Source: Eledone cirrhosa (lineage: Eukaryota). Taken from it: a DNA stretch of 64,000 bases. Positions 15,001-29,545 of the stretch are shown here, one piece after another. Under the pieces are notes generated by a model. It was not told the DNA's origin and searched no databases. It saw only the letters and a program-made list of their open reading frames with translations. Both the position numbers and the translations under genes were made by a program. Within the stretch, counting starts at the first letter, position 1; each line of letters begins with the position of its first letter. The DNA is taken from contig OZ024744.1 of assembly GCA_964016885.1 (NCBI GenBank), forward strand, positions 22,754,001 through 22,818,000, in the 5' to 3' direction.

Positions 15001-17516
15001 CAGAGACTGCCCACCATGGACAAACCTAACAGAGACTGCCCACCATGGACAAAACTAACAGTGACTGCCCACTTTCGACAAACCTAACAGAGACTGTCCA
15101 CCTTCGACAAACCTAACAGAGACTGTCCACCTTCGACAAGCCAAACAGAGATTCCCCACCTTCGACAAGCCTAACAGAGACTGCCCACATTCGAGAAACC
15201 TAACAGAGCCTGCCCACCTTTGACTAACCTAACAGAGAATCCCACCTTCGACAAGCCTAACAGAGACTGCCCACCTTCGACAAGCCTAACAGAGACTGCC
15301 CACCTTCGACAAACCTAACAGAGACTGTCCACCTTCGACAAGCCTAACAGAGACTGTCCACCTTCGACAAACCTAACAGAGACTGCCGACCTTCGACAAA
15401 CCTAACAGAGACTGTCCACCTTCGACAAGCCTAACAGAGACTGTCCACCTTCGACAAACCTAACAGAGACTGCCCACCTTCGACAAACCTAACAGAGACT
15501 GCCCACCTTCGACAAACCTAACAGAGACTGTCCACCTTCGACAAGCCTAACAGAGACTGTCCACCTTCGACAAGCCTAACAGAGACTGCCCACCTTCGAC
15601 AAACCTAACAGAGACTGCCCACTTTCGATAAACGTAACATAGACTGCCCATCTTCGACAAGCCTAACAAAGATGGCCCCCGTTCGACAAGCCTAACAGAG
15701 ACTGCCTACCTTAGACAAGTCTACGAGAGACGGCCCACCTTCGAAAATCCTAACAGAGACTGCTCACCTTAGACAAACCTAACGGAGACTGCCCACTTTC
15801 GACAAGTGTAACAGAGACTGCCCACCTTCGACAAGTCTAACAGAGACTTCCTACCTTCGACAAATCTAACATGGACTGCCTACTTTCGACAAACCTAACA
15901 GTGACTGCCCACTCTCGACAACCTAACAGTGACTGCCCACTATCCACAAACCTAACAGAGACTACCGACCTTCGACAAACCTAACAGAGGCTACCGACCT
16001 TCGACAAACCTAACAGAGACAGCCCACCCTCGACAAACCTAACAGAGACTGCCCACCTTCGACAAACCTAACAGTGACTGCCCAATTTCGACAAGCCTAA
16101 CAGAGACTGCCTACCTTAGACAAGTCTAAGAGAGACGGCCCACCTTCGAAAAGCCTAACAGAGACTGCTCACCTTCGACAAACCTAACGGAGTCTGCCCA
16201 CCTTAGACAAGTGTAACAGAGACTGCCCACCTTCGACAAGTCTAACAGAGACTGCCTACCTTCGACAAGTCTAACATGGACTGCCCACTTTCGACAAACC
16301 TAACAGAGACTGCCCACCCTTGACAAACCTAACAGAGACTGACCACCTTCGACAAGTCTAATAGAGACTGCCAATCTTCGACAAACCTAACAGAGGCTAC
16401 CGACCATCGACAAACCTAACGTTAACTGCCTACCCTCGACAAACCTAACAGAGACTGCCCACCTTCTACAAACCTAACACTGACTGCCCACTTTCGAGAA
16501 ACCTAACAGAGACTGCCCACCTTCAGCAAACCTAACAAAGACTGCCGACCTTCGACAAACCTAACAGAGACTACCCACCTTCGACAAGTCTAATAGAGAC
16601 TGCCCACCGTTAACAAGCCTAAGGGAGACTGCTCACCTTCGACAAACCTAACAGAGTGTACCCATATTCGACAAGTCTAACAGAGACTGCCCACCTTCGA
16701 CAAACATAAAAGAGGCTACCGACCTTCGACAAACCTAACAGAAACTACCCACCCTCGACAAACCTAACAGAGACTGCCCACCATGGAGAAAACTAACAGT
16801 GACTGCCCACCTTCGAGAAACCTAACAGAAACTACCGTCCGTCGACAAACCAAACAGAGACTAGCCACCTTCGACAAGTCTAAGAGAGACTGCCCACCTT
16901 CGACAATCCTAACAGAGACTGCCCACCTTCGACAAGCCTAACAGAGATTCCCCACCTTCGAAAAGCCTAACAGAGACTGCCCACCTTCGACAAACCTAAC
17001 AGAGCCTGCCCACCTTTGACTAACCTAACAGAGACTCCCACCTTCGACAAGCCTAACAGAGACTGCCCACCTTCAACAAGCCTAACAGAGACTGGCCACA
17101 TTCGACAAACCTAACAGAGACTGTCCACCTTCGACAAGCTTAACAGAGACTGTCCACCTTCGACAAGCCTAACAGAGACTGCCCACCTTCGACAAACCTA
17201 ACAGAGACTGTCCACCTTCGACAAGCCTAACAGAGACTGCCCACCTTCGACAAACCTAACAGAGACTGTCCACCTTCGACAAGCCTAACAGAGACTGTCC
17301 ACCTTCGACAAGCCTAACAGAGACTGCCCACCTATGACAAGCCTAACAGAGACTGCCCACCTTCGACAAGTCTAACAGAGACTACCCACCTATGACAAGC
17401 CTAACAGAGACTGCCCACCTTCGACAAGTCTAACAGAGACTACCCACCTTCGACAAGCCTAACAGAGACTGCCCACCTTCGACAACTCTAACAGAGACTA
17501 CCCGCCTTTTCAAACT
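1..17516. repeat. 29-bp satellite array (consensus AACAGAGACTGCCCACCTTCGACAAACCT), roughly 600 monomers, open at the window's left edge
   Basis: Continuous head-to-tail monomers. The spurious ORFs inside show a 29-aa (87 bp = 3x29) period. The array decays at CCCGCCTTTTCAAACTC (~17516). Confidence 0.97.
5150..15401. repeat. Near-identical 5,127-bp tandem duplication within the satellite (about 5150-10276 and 10277-15401)
   Basis: Identical ORFs at 7582/12709 and 8914/14041 (offset 5127). Rare variants such as CCTAGAAG, CTGCACACC and GTTGAATAG recur at the same offset. Confidence 0.92.
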
Positions 17517-17559
17517 CGGAAAAGGATACAGGACTGCAACAGACACCAAGTGGGCATGG

Positions 17560-18100
17560 CAGACGTTTGTATGTTGTACATGTGGTAGAAGTCTTCAATG
17601 AAACTCACTGTATTATAGTTGTTGTTAAGTATGATGGTTGTTTGTATTTGACGTCCTCAGATGTAACTGTTGAGAACTGAGATGGTAATGTTTGCTAGGT
17701 ACTACTTTAAGTCTGTTGCTATAGACTCAGGTTTCTAGGGGATTTAAGTAGGGCTAAAGTGGTTGTGTAATTGTATCTAAGGAATGGTAGGAGCATGTAA
17801 TTGTGATGTCATCGGACTCTGTAAGTTTTGTGGACACGTGAGAATGTCGTGTAAGCACGTAGGTTAAAAAGCGTGGACTAGAAGACGGACTTTGTGATAT
17901 TACATTCGGCAAGTTCTAGTTTCTAGATATCTAGTTATTATGAACCACGTTGGCTGCTAGCTAACGTTTAGTGTAAGGAGGTAGTGAGTATTTTGTGTTT
18001 AATTGGATACCGGCGAAAGATCTGCTGATGTACCTGGTAGTATGGTTGGAGATGCTGTTGAAACTAGTGGATTTATTTTGTTTGTTTTAAGTTAAATATC
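17560..18100 (-). pseudogene. Heavily decayed non-LTR reverse transcriptase fragment (Jockey/I-like)
   Basis: Minus-strand remnants in correct order: ADLS, KR*LA, SV..TLFNL..HDI, DDITIT, PHVQH. Many stops and frameshifts. Confidence 0.45.
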
Positions 18101-18906
18101 GTGAGTGGTATGAGAGATAGCATATATTAGATTGAAGATAAGTGAGGGGATGAGAGGAATATATGGGTTGATGATGGCAAGGACTGTGGAGATGTGCATA
18201 TTATTATGATGAAATTGAGCAAGGCGGCTTCAACTGGGTTTTGTTGACATTTCAGATTGTAAAGTTTGATTCACTTTCCAGCGTTCGTAGAAGTAGTTAA
18301 AGATATAGATTAGAGAAATAATTAGTTAACGATCTAATTATTTATTTTAAAGTTGTATATTTTGCCTAGTTATCATTTAGAGGGTTTCTCAGATAGATTA
18401 ATTGTGGGGATTCTGAAGATGATGATTATAACATTGATGGTTATGATGAATTTGATGACGACGATCATGAGGAGGATAAAGATTATAATGATGGTGATTA
18501 GTATTATATTAGACATCTAATTAAACGAGATGGTCAAAAATGGAACGCCTTTAAGCTTAGGTTTTCTCACTCAAGTTTGATATAAGGCTAAGCAACAACA
18601 ACAACTAAAGAAGGGTAGAAGTTATGCTCTAACCAAAAAGAACGTGATTTGATGAACACCCAACTCCATCTCATCGGCTTCCTTAATATTAAAATTACAA
18701 AAATAACAACATTTTAGAATATTTCAATTAAAACAACTATAAATATTACAAATAAATGTAAAAAATAACAACTATCTTTGTTATTGTTATTGTTGTGACT
18801 GGTAGTGATGGTGGTGGTGGCAATGACGGTGATGTTGTTGCTGCTAGTGGTGAGGTTGTGCTGTTGTCGGTATTGCTGCTGCATCTGGTCTTGTTATCAT
18901 TTAGAG

Positions 18907-19219
18907 CAGAGGTTCTCAAACTTTTGCCCCACGCCTCACGGCCATGTAATACCATCAGCACACCACCCCTATTTCCAGAGAGACCTCCCTACACACAAAT
19001 TGTAAATAATATATAAATAAAATCGTTAATTTATATATAATAAATAATATAATGTATACTATGTATAATTAAATACATATTTTTTTATTTTACTATATAT
19101 ATATATATATATATGTATCATTTGATTCTTAATATACTATTATATCATCTCTTCTACACAAAGTGGGAGTTACCCCTCAGTGGGGGGGGGGGGGGTAACT
19201 CCCACTTTGAGAATCTCTG
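18907..19219. mobile_element. hAT (Charlie-like) MITE
   Basis: TIRs CAGAGGTTCTCAAA / TTTGAGAATCTCTG. 8-bp TSD ATTTAGAG / GTTTAGAG. Subterminal 18-bp hairpin at 19159-19209. Confidence 0.85.
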
Positions 19220-19505
19220 GTTTAGAGGTTGGTGAGACTTGATCAAAGATTTTCAAATAAAGGTCATACAGTTTTATCTCTTTAAAACCAGAAAGTGTGC
19301 ACCTAAGAACCCTTCATTCAACGCGTCTTTCTCCTCTTAACAGAGTATAATGTAATATAATGGGTATTTGACTACTATTTCTAGCAGACAACGTGACCGT
19401 GTGCAGGCTTCAATGTCTGGGGGTATGTCTGGTTATATTTAGCCACGTTCAATGTTTTCACATCTTGAATAACGTAAAAGATATCATCACCAAAACAATG
19501 CACAA

Positions 19506-19700
19506 GTGTGTGTACGTATGTACATATGTACGTATGTACGTGTGTACGTATGTACGTATGTACGTATGTACGTGTGTACGTATGTACATATGTACGTATG
19601 TACGTGTGTACGTATGTACGTATGTACGTATGTACGTATGTACGTGTGTACGTATGTACGTGTGTACGTATGTACGTGTGTATCTATGTATCTATGTATG
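19506..19700. repeat. (TGTACGTA/TGTACGTG)n octamer microsatellite
   Basis: Direct reading. Confidence 0.9.
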
Positions 19701-19760
19701 AGTATATGTGGATAAGCGTTATATGTGAGGAAACAAATCTCTTTTTCTCTCTCTCCTCAT

Positions 19761-20530
<770 letters not shown>

Positions 20531-20916
20531 TATATAGGTACACCCACACAAACACCAGTTCATATGTTTCGAACATACAAGGTTGTAGATTTCGACATAA
20601 ATATACCTAAGAGTGTGTATGTATGTATATATATATATATACATATACATGTATGTATGTGTGTGTGTGTAAGTGTGTGTGTTCTAATATCTGTATGTAT
20701 GTATCTGTATGTATGTGTATGTATGTGTGTGTGTTTCTATGTGTATGTATGTATATGTGTGTGTGTCTGTGTTCTCTGTTTTCTACGTGTGTTTTGTGTG
20801 ACATACTTCCTCAAACGTCACATTTCCTTCAGCTAAGAACTTTTGACTCTAACACAAGTTAACTTAAAACCCTGTCATCTTATCTACCAAGGATATTCTT
20901 CCTCGCATGTCCACAG

Positions 20917-22138
20917 CAACAACAACAACAACTCCGACCACCACCACCACCACCACCACCACCCCTACCACCAACACCACCACCACTACCACCACAACCA
21001 CCACCACCACTACAACAACAACCTCGGTGGTGGTGATGAGGGGGGGGACTGGTGGTGTTGGTGGTAGTGGTGGTGGTGGTGTTGGTGGTGGTGTTGGTGA
21101 TGTTGGTGGTGGTGGTATAGTGGTGGTGGTGGTGGTGGGATAGTGGTGGTGATGTTGGTGTTGGTGATGTTGGTGGTGGTGGTGGTATAGTGGTGGTGGT
21201 GGTGGTGGTGGTGGTGGTGTTGGTGATGTTGGTGGTGGTGGTATAGTGGTGGTGGTGGTGGTGGTGGTATAGTGGTGGTGGTGGTGGTGTTGGTGATGTT
21301 GGTGGTGGTGGTATAGTGGTGGTGGTGGTGGTGGTGGTGGTGGTATAGTGGTGGTGGTGGTGGTGTTGGTGGTATAGTGGTGGTAGTGGTGGTGTTGGTG
21401 ATGTTGGTGGTGGTGGTATAGTGGTGGTAGTGGTGGTGGTGGTGGTGTTGGTGATGTTGGTGGTGGTGGTATAGTGGTGGTGGTGGTGGTGGTGGTGGTA
21501 TAGTGGTGGTAGTGGTGGTGTTGGTGATGTTGGTGGTGGTGGTATAGTGGTGGTAGTGGTGGTGGTGGTGGTGTTGGTGATGTTGGTGGTGGTGGTATAG
21601 TGGTGGTGGTGGTGGTGGTGGTGGTATAGTGGTGGTGGTGGTGGTGTTGGTGATGTTGGTGGTGGTGGTATAGTGGTGGTGGTGGTGGTGGTGGTGGTGG
21701 TATAGTGGTGGTGGTGGTGGTGTTGGTGATGTTGGTGGTGGTGGTGTAGTGGTGGTGGTGGCGGTGGTGGTGGTGGTGGTGGTATAGTGGTGGTAGTGGT
21801 GGTGTTGGTGATGTTGGTGGTGGTGGTATAGTGGTGGTAGTGGTGGTCGTGGTGGTGTTGGTGGTGGTGTTGGTGATGTTGGTGGTGGTGGTGTTGGTGG
21901 TGGTGTTGGTGATGTTGGTGGTGGTGGTATAGTGGTGGTGGTGGTGGTGGTGGTGGTATAATGGTGGTGGTGGTAGTGGTGCTGGTGGAGGCGGTGGTGG
22001 TGATGGGGGTTGTTGTGGTGGTAGTGGTGTGTGGTGGTGGTAGTGGTAGTGGGGTTGGTGGTAGTGTTGGTGATGTTGCTGGTGGTGGTGAAGAAGAAGA
22101 AGAAGAAGAAGAAGAAGAAGAAGAAGAAGAAGAAGAAG

Positions 22139-22170
<32 letters not shown>
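20917..22170. repeat. Compound triplet repeat: (ACC)n, then ~1 kb (GGT)n with TAT/GAT punctuation, then (GAA)n and (CAA)n
   Basis: Direct reading. Source of the poly-H/T/P ORFs. Confidence 0.95.
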
Positions 22171-22171
<1 letters not shown>

Positions 22172-22280
22172 AACAAAGATAACAACGAAACAAAAACAAA
22201 AAAATAGATAAAAGATGAAAAAAGAAAGAAAGAAACACGGGAATAGAGGATGTAAAGGAGGGGAGAAACGGAGAAAGTCA

Positions 22281-23082
<802 letters not shown>

Positions 23083-23272
23083 GTTACCAGTTGAATATAG
23101 TATGATACTAGGGAATAAGAGTGTGTAGAGCTTCAGCTAAATATCAGATCTGGAAGAGGAGGTCACACCAAACGGGAGAGTTAGTTAATGGCTGGTGGAG
23201 TTCAAACTTTTATCTGAGGTCATTGCTTCGTTACCTATATAAACACACAGACACATACATGTACATGCTTAC

Positions 23273-23376
<104 letters not shown>

Positions 23377-23473
23377 TGGTTCTTTGATTTCGTTTGGGAT
23401 ATTTCTCAGATGTAGACGCTAGACCAATATCCTTTGAACCTGTGAACATTGAGACACACATACACACATACAC

Positions 23474-23510
<37 letters not shown>

Positions 23511-23516
<6 letters not shown>

Positions 23517-24326
23517 AATAATGGAGCTGCGGCGTTGCAAATGTGTTACATATGAAAAAGTATGTCCTTCATCAGTGACCCTCCAACCGTCCTAGGCATT
23601 TCATCGCTTTAAGGGCCATATACCCCAGGTTGGTGCGAACAACGGCTAAAAAAAGTCGTTGGGACACGTAAATAAAGGGGACGTTAGGGTGAACAAACAA
23701 AATGGTTTAAGCAACAGAAAGTGAGAAGAAAGAGACAAGTCCCAGATTTCTATGAATATAAACTCGGTGAAATCGTGAACAAGAGAATAAAGACCATCAA
23801 ACCTGGTTGAAATGTGAGCAAGGAAGGAATTTCGCACAGGTCTAACGGGGGGAAGAAGAAGGGGTCTGGTCTGCGAATTCGGTAAACATAAGTTCTGTGA
23901 AGTCGCAGACGAGAGAGAGAGAGAGAAAAAAAATTCATACCGGCTTGAGAAAAGGAATCGGACAGGTCAAACGGGAAAAAAGAGGAGGAAAGAGGAGGAG
24001 GAGAGGTAGTGACAGAGAATGAGTGAGTGAAAGTTGAGGAGGAGACTAACAGAGAGAGAGACTGCTAGAAAGGGTAAAGATACAAAGAACGAAACAGACG
24101 GGTGGCATAGAGGAAAAAATATATGTGTAAATATGATAATAATGGAGCTGCGGCGTTGCAAATGTGTTACAGCTTAAACCATTTTGTTTGTTCACCCTAA
24201 CGTCCCCTTTATTTACGTGTCCCAACGACTTTTTTTAGCCGTTGTTCGCACCAACCTGAGGTATATGGCCCTTAAAGCAATGAAATGCCTAGGACGGTTG
24301 GAGGGTCACTGATGAAGGACTTACTT

Positions 24327-24333
<7 letters not shown>
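23511..24333. mobile_element. Penelope-like pseudo-LTR remnant with inverted and direct terminal duplications, in (TA)n
   Basis: 40-bp direct repeat (23511-23550, 24132-24171). ~160-bp inverted repeat (23551-23712, 24172-24333). Truncated hammerhead 5' half CTGATGAAGGAC. Confidence 0.6.
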
Positions 24334-24387
<54 letters not shown>

Positions 24388-24393
<6 letters not shown>

Positions 24394-27053
24394 ATCTGTT
24401 TCAAAGCATGCCTCAACAGTATTAAATGCTTTATTAAACAGTGCCATTCTAGCAACATACTTTTGCTGGGAGACTTTAATCTACCCTGTGTCGATTGGCT
24501 TACAAACAGTTTGAAACCAGGCACCCCAACCTCAACCACTGACAAAGTGGCTGTCGAGTTACTTCTTGACTTCATGAATGAGTTTTTCTTGTCCCAACTT
24601 GTCCTTGCACCAACGAGGCATCAGAAAAACATTTTGACCTAGTGTTTAGTAACCACACTAACACTATACATAATATTACAGTGGAAAAAACCCTTCTCTC
24701 AGACCATGACATGGTTCTTTGTAACCTGAGATTCCACCAGCCGAAAGCTAATCCCAGGGTCCTCTCTCCAGCCCACCCATTTGATAACATGGATCTCTAC
24801 AATGCCAACTGGGATGCAATTATGAACGAACTATCACATGTCAACTGGTCTTTTACACACGCACACACTTCCACCAACATCAAAACATCTTGGCAGATCT
24901 TTGTAGACACTGTCACAAATATATGTACACACCCCACCAAAACCTGGGGAAAAAACCAAGTGCAGTATCGCCCAAAGCAGAAAAACAATTATCAGAAAAG
25001 TAAAAAGAACAAACAAAAAAATTAACACACTAAAATACTGCCAACAGCAACACACACATTCAATGGCTATCACCCTGCTTGAGTCAAAAAATATAACCAG
25101 CAGCAATGCATGATGACCATCATCAATAACCAGAGAATAGCCGAAGAGAGGTGGGCCATTGAGAAAATCAAACTCAACCCCAAAGTGTTCTTTTCATTCG
25201 CTAAAAACACAAGGTCACCGTCTCCACTGTTGGCCCCCTAGTTGATGAAAGTGGCCCACTCCAGGACAATGCCAAAAACCAAGGGCGAGATACTGCAGAA
25301 ACAATACTGCTCTGTTTTCAGCAACCCTGATATGGCCGATCAGGGCCGTATCAGTGATATTAACCCCCAACACACTATATCGGACATAACGTTTGGCGCC
25401 CCTCATGTCTTAGCGGCAATAAACGAAATTAAACACAATTCAGCAGTAGGCCCCGACAGGGTCCCTGCTTGTGTCCTTAAGGTGTGTCGATACCAACTTG
25501 CAGCTCCTCTTGCTAATCTGTGGAGGAACTCACTGGACACTGGCTATATTCCTGAAAACTTTCTGTCCCAGTCCGTTGTCCCAGTCTTTAAAAAGGGAAA
25601 TAAGTCCCTTGCAGTAAGTCCGATCCCACTCACCTCTCATATTATCAAGGTATTTGAGAGGGTGGTGAGATCACGAATAACCCACTTTCTTGAAAGCAAC
25701 GGCCTGCTGAACTCCAACCAACATGGGTTCCGTAATGGAAGGGACTGCCTAACGCAGCTCCTGCATCACTTTGACGATGTTTTGAGAGCCTTGGGAGAGG
25801 GCTCCAACACTGATGTCATCTACCTTGACTTCAGCAAGGCCTTCGACAGGTTTGATCATAAGATTCTACTGAAAAAACTATTCAATGTTGGTGTCTCTGG
25901 AAAGTTACTACAGTGGATCAAATGTTTCCTGACAGGCAGAACCCAGCATGTTGTAGTCGAAGGAGTAGAATCAAGCCCTGCCAAAGTCAGCAGTAGCGTC
26001 CCACGAGGCACTGTGTTGGGCCCACTTCTTTTCATCATCTACATGACATTACTGACATCATCAAGCACAGCAACATTAGAATCTTCGCAGATGATTCCAA
26101 GCTCCAAAGGGTCATCAATGAGGTGGGTGACCGGACTTGCCTTCAGTCAGACCTACTGGCTGTTATCCAATGGGCAGAGATGAATAATATGCTGTTGAAT
26201 GAAGATAAATTTGAACTAATCCACTTTGGAAAAAAGGATGCTCTGAACTACCGTACTCACTTCCTTCGGGTGAAACTCTGGTGGCTTCCAATAACATCGG
26301 AGACTTGGGAGTAATTGTGGACAACAAAATAAGCTAGCCCACTCATATAAACAGCAAAGTTGATATGGCCCGCAGAATGTGTTCCTGCATTCTTAGAACT
26401 TTCCAGTCGAGAGATATCCACACTGTTGTCCTTCTCTTCACCACTTTTGCCCGACCCCACCTTGAATACTGTTGTCCACTGTGGTCACCCCACACGAAAC
26501 AAAGTATCATGAAAGTTGAAGCACCCCAAAGGTCAATTATAAAAAAGATAGTTGGCATGACAGGCCTTGGCTATTGGGGTCGATTAGAAAAGCTCAACCT
26601 TTATTCTCTCCAACGTCGCCAAGAGCGCTACATTATCTGTATGATGTGGAAAATATTCCATCAGCTTAGCCCAAATGATGTTGGCATCACCTTTAATGTA
26701 CACCCAAGGCTTGGGCCCCGTGCTATCCGCCCACAACAAAAATCCCACTCGCATGGCATAACAACAATACAGCACAATTATTTCACCTCAATTGGCCCCA
26801 CTCTCTTTAACATTACACCGAAACACATCAAAGCAGAGACAGACCCCATCAAGTTCAAGAAGTCTTTGGATAAATTCCTTCAAGAAATCCTGGATAAGCC
26901 TCCTACACCCGGATATGCCCCCGTAAACAATAACTCTCTGCTCGATTGGGCCATGGTGCCCAAACACTGACTTGTAAGACTTCGCCAGGTGGTGCTATTA
27001 AGTTAGACATGGCCTGGGCCAATACTGGCCGAACCCTATCAAAGTTATCAAAG

Positions 27054-27056
<3 letters not shown>
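24388..27056 (+). mobile_element. CR1-group LINE, 5'-truncated, with frameshifted APE-RT ORF2
   Basis: APE motifs LLGDFNLP and LSDH. RT motifs QHGFRNGR, YLDFSKAFD and VPRGTVLGPLLF. CR1-type C-terminus RPHLEYCCPLWSP..LYSLQRR. Short tandem tail TATCAAAGT x2. Confidence 0.9.
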
Positions 27057-27102
<46 letters not shown>

Positions 27103-27149
27103 AATACACGCGTCCTAGCAAATACTAACACACTAATATAAATTTATAA

Positions 27150-27258
<109 letters not shown>

Positions 27259-28064
27259 TGTATATATATATATATATATATACATATATATATACACACA
27301 TATACGTATTCACAAAGGTATTTTCCATATCAGTTTTGTACGGAATAAGACTCAGTAATCTTTTTTTTAAATCCGTTTCTTTTCAATCTCATAGACGACA
27401 GCAATAATTCTTAAATTCTTAAATTCCCTTTAAATTCCTCATGGAGCACTTTAGAGTAGATTTGCCTCATTTCTTTGATGATTTAGGGCGTGTTCTCTCT
27501 AGCACGTATGTGTCTATAACCTTGTGTGTGTGTGTGTAAATGTATATATTATATAAACATATATGTTTGGGAATGCGTACATTAGTGAGCATAAAGAAAT
27601 CAATAGTGAGAATAGGGTTAAATATATCTTTATATACCACTTACATAACATTCTGCCACGTGGCTTATATATAACTTAAGTAACCTTCTGTATTTCACAA
27701 GCATCATAGACTAACATATGTATGTGTATGAGCCGACCTGTAAATATATGTTGAGTTCCATACGAATAAAATTACACTTCTTAATACAATGCATATTACA
27801 GTGGAGTGTATATGAAATAATATAGCCCTCCATTGCCAATATATCGTTTTCATACACAAGATTATATCACAAAATCACGTGAGGATAAATTTAATCAATT
27901 CTTAAAATATTGCGGCTCATGTGATATGCTATTTTGTAATGTTTCCATTATTGTATTATGGCCTATAAAATGTGTAAGATATCTGATACGTTACACATGA
28001 ATATTGTTGCCTGAGTTATTTCTATTAAGTTAGAAGTTGAAGTCTGTTCTAAGTCGAAGGCTTA

Positions 28065-28290
28065 TCACACTGGAGCTTAAACTCCGGTTTCCTTGGCTTT
28101 AAGCGACTGACTCCCCATGGACAGGACGCCGTTCTATCGCAGGTTAAACTCACCAGCTACTGTTGGACTCACTCTCGGTACCTAGTATACTATAGCAACG
28201 TGAAATAAAGTGTTTTGCTCAAGAACACTACACAGCAGTCTGTCCAGGAATCGTACCCACGAAATTACAAGCGTACGCCAATCAACCTAT
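28065..28290 (-). mobile_element. Decayed tRNA-derived SINE (V/Meta-SINE-like body)
   Basis: Minus strand: B-box-like GGTACGATTCC, GTGTTCTTGAGCAAAACACTT, AACCTGCGATAGAACGGCGTCCTGTCCA. Confidence 0.6.
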
Positions 28291-28399
28291 AGATAGATAT
28301 ATAGACAGGGATAGATTTAAAAGTATAGAAAGTTAAAGCCATATGTGATGTATATGTTATCGATGATAACATTCACATTTTATATATATTCATATAAAG

Positions 28400-28882
28400 C
28401 AGCGGACGCCAACCGGAGGTTCGAGAGAAAACAAAGATCAAACTATCGTGTTGTCTTATGACAGAAAACCTGCTCTAATTTTGGTGATCCGAGAGATAAT
28501 TTTGGTAATCCGAGAGATAATGTTGGTGGTCCAAGAGATAATTTTGGTGATCCGCAGAAAAATCCGGACATTATTTGCAATTTGTATGTTTTATTAATAA
28601 TAAAACAAAAATAATTTGGGTTAAAATATATTTTATAATCCCCGCCTAAAATTGTTTCTCCTCAGTAAAGAACTAACATCCATGAAAGAATTTTACAGAT
28701 ATGTATCATCTATCGACAATATGACACACGTACGCCTCAGTATTGTTTAATAAAATGGAAGTTCTCTGATCATTATTTTACAAATGTATTCATCTTTTAA
28801 AAAAAAAATTATATTAGTGGTCTGCGGGATTTAAAATTATGAATTTTTTGGTCTGTGAGGTCCGAAAGGTTGGCGACCGTTT
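28400..28882. mobile_element. hAT MITE
   Basis: TIRs CAGCGGACGCCAACC / GGTTGGCGACCGTTT. 8-bp TSD ATATAAAG / CTATAAAG. Internal 21-bp unit repeated about 4 times (28477-28555). Confidence 0.8.
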
Positions 28883-29450
28883 CTATAAAGTGTAGTGAGA
28901 CCAGTTTCCATTAAATGAAGAAGGTTGTAGATAAATTGTTTGAATCCTCCTAATATATGTAAACAATAATATATGTGATCAATTCAATCGGGTGGCAATA
29001 TAACCGTCCAGTATTTGAGAAGGTACTTGTCAAAGTTTTGACATTTGTTAAGGAATTCTGATCTGATATTTAGTTTGCAGGATTGTTAAGCTTTTCTGTG
29101 TATGATGTCTTTTTAACTACGCATAACCAGTGAGTTGCTTAATATTATGTCTTACAACTCAGCAGTACAATAAAATGGAAATCAATAAAATAAATACCGG
29201 ATTAAAATAATTACTGTGATCGATATGATCGACTAAACCGTTGAAGGTGGTGCTCAGCATAACTAAAATCCAATGACTGGAACGACAAAATAATACACAC
29301 ACACGCACACGCGCACACACACATATACACATGCCCACACACACGCAGTACATGCATATATATATATATATATATATTATATATACATGATGTATACATT
29401 TTGCTTTAACATTTATATATATATGTATATATGTATATATACATATATAC

Positions 29451-29544
<94 letters not shown>

Positions 29545-29545
<1 letters not shown>

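Noticed and set aside
1-17516. CRISPR-like array, or coding repeat (ORFs at 7582, 8914, 12709, 14041)
   Set aside because: There are no unique spacers and no cas genes. The 29-bp unit is not a multiple of 3 and contains frequent stops.
23087-23234. Possible minus-strand exon bounded by AG and GT
   Set aside because: Stops in all three frames and no supporting gene context. A lncRNA exon cannot be excluded.
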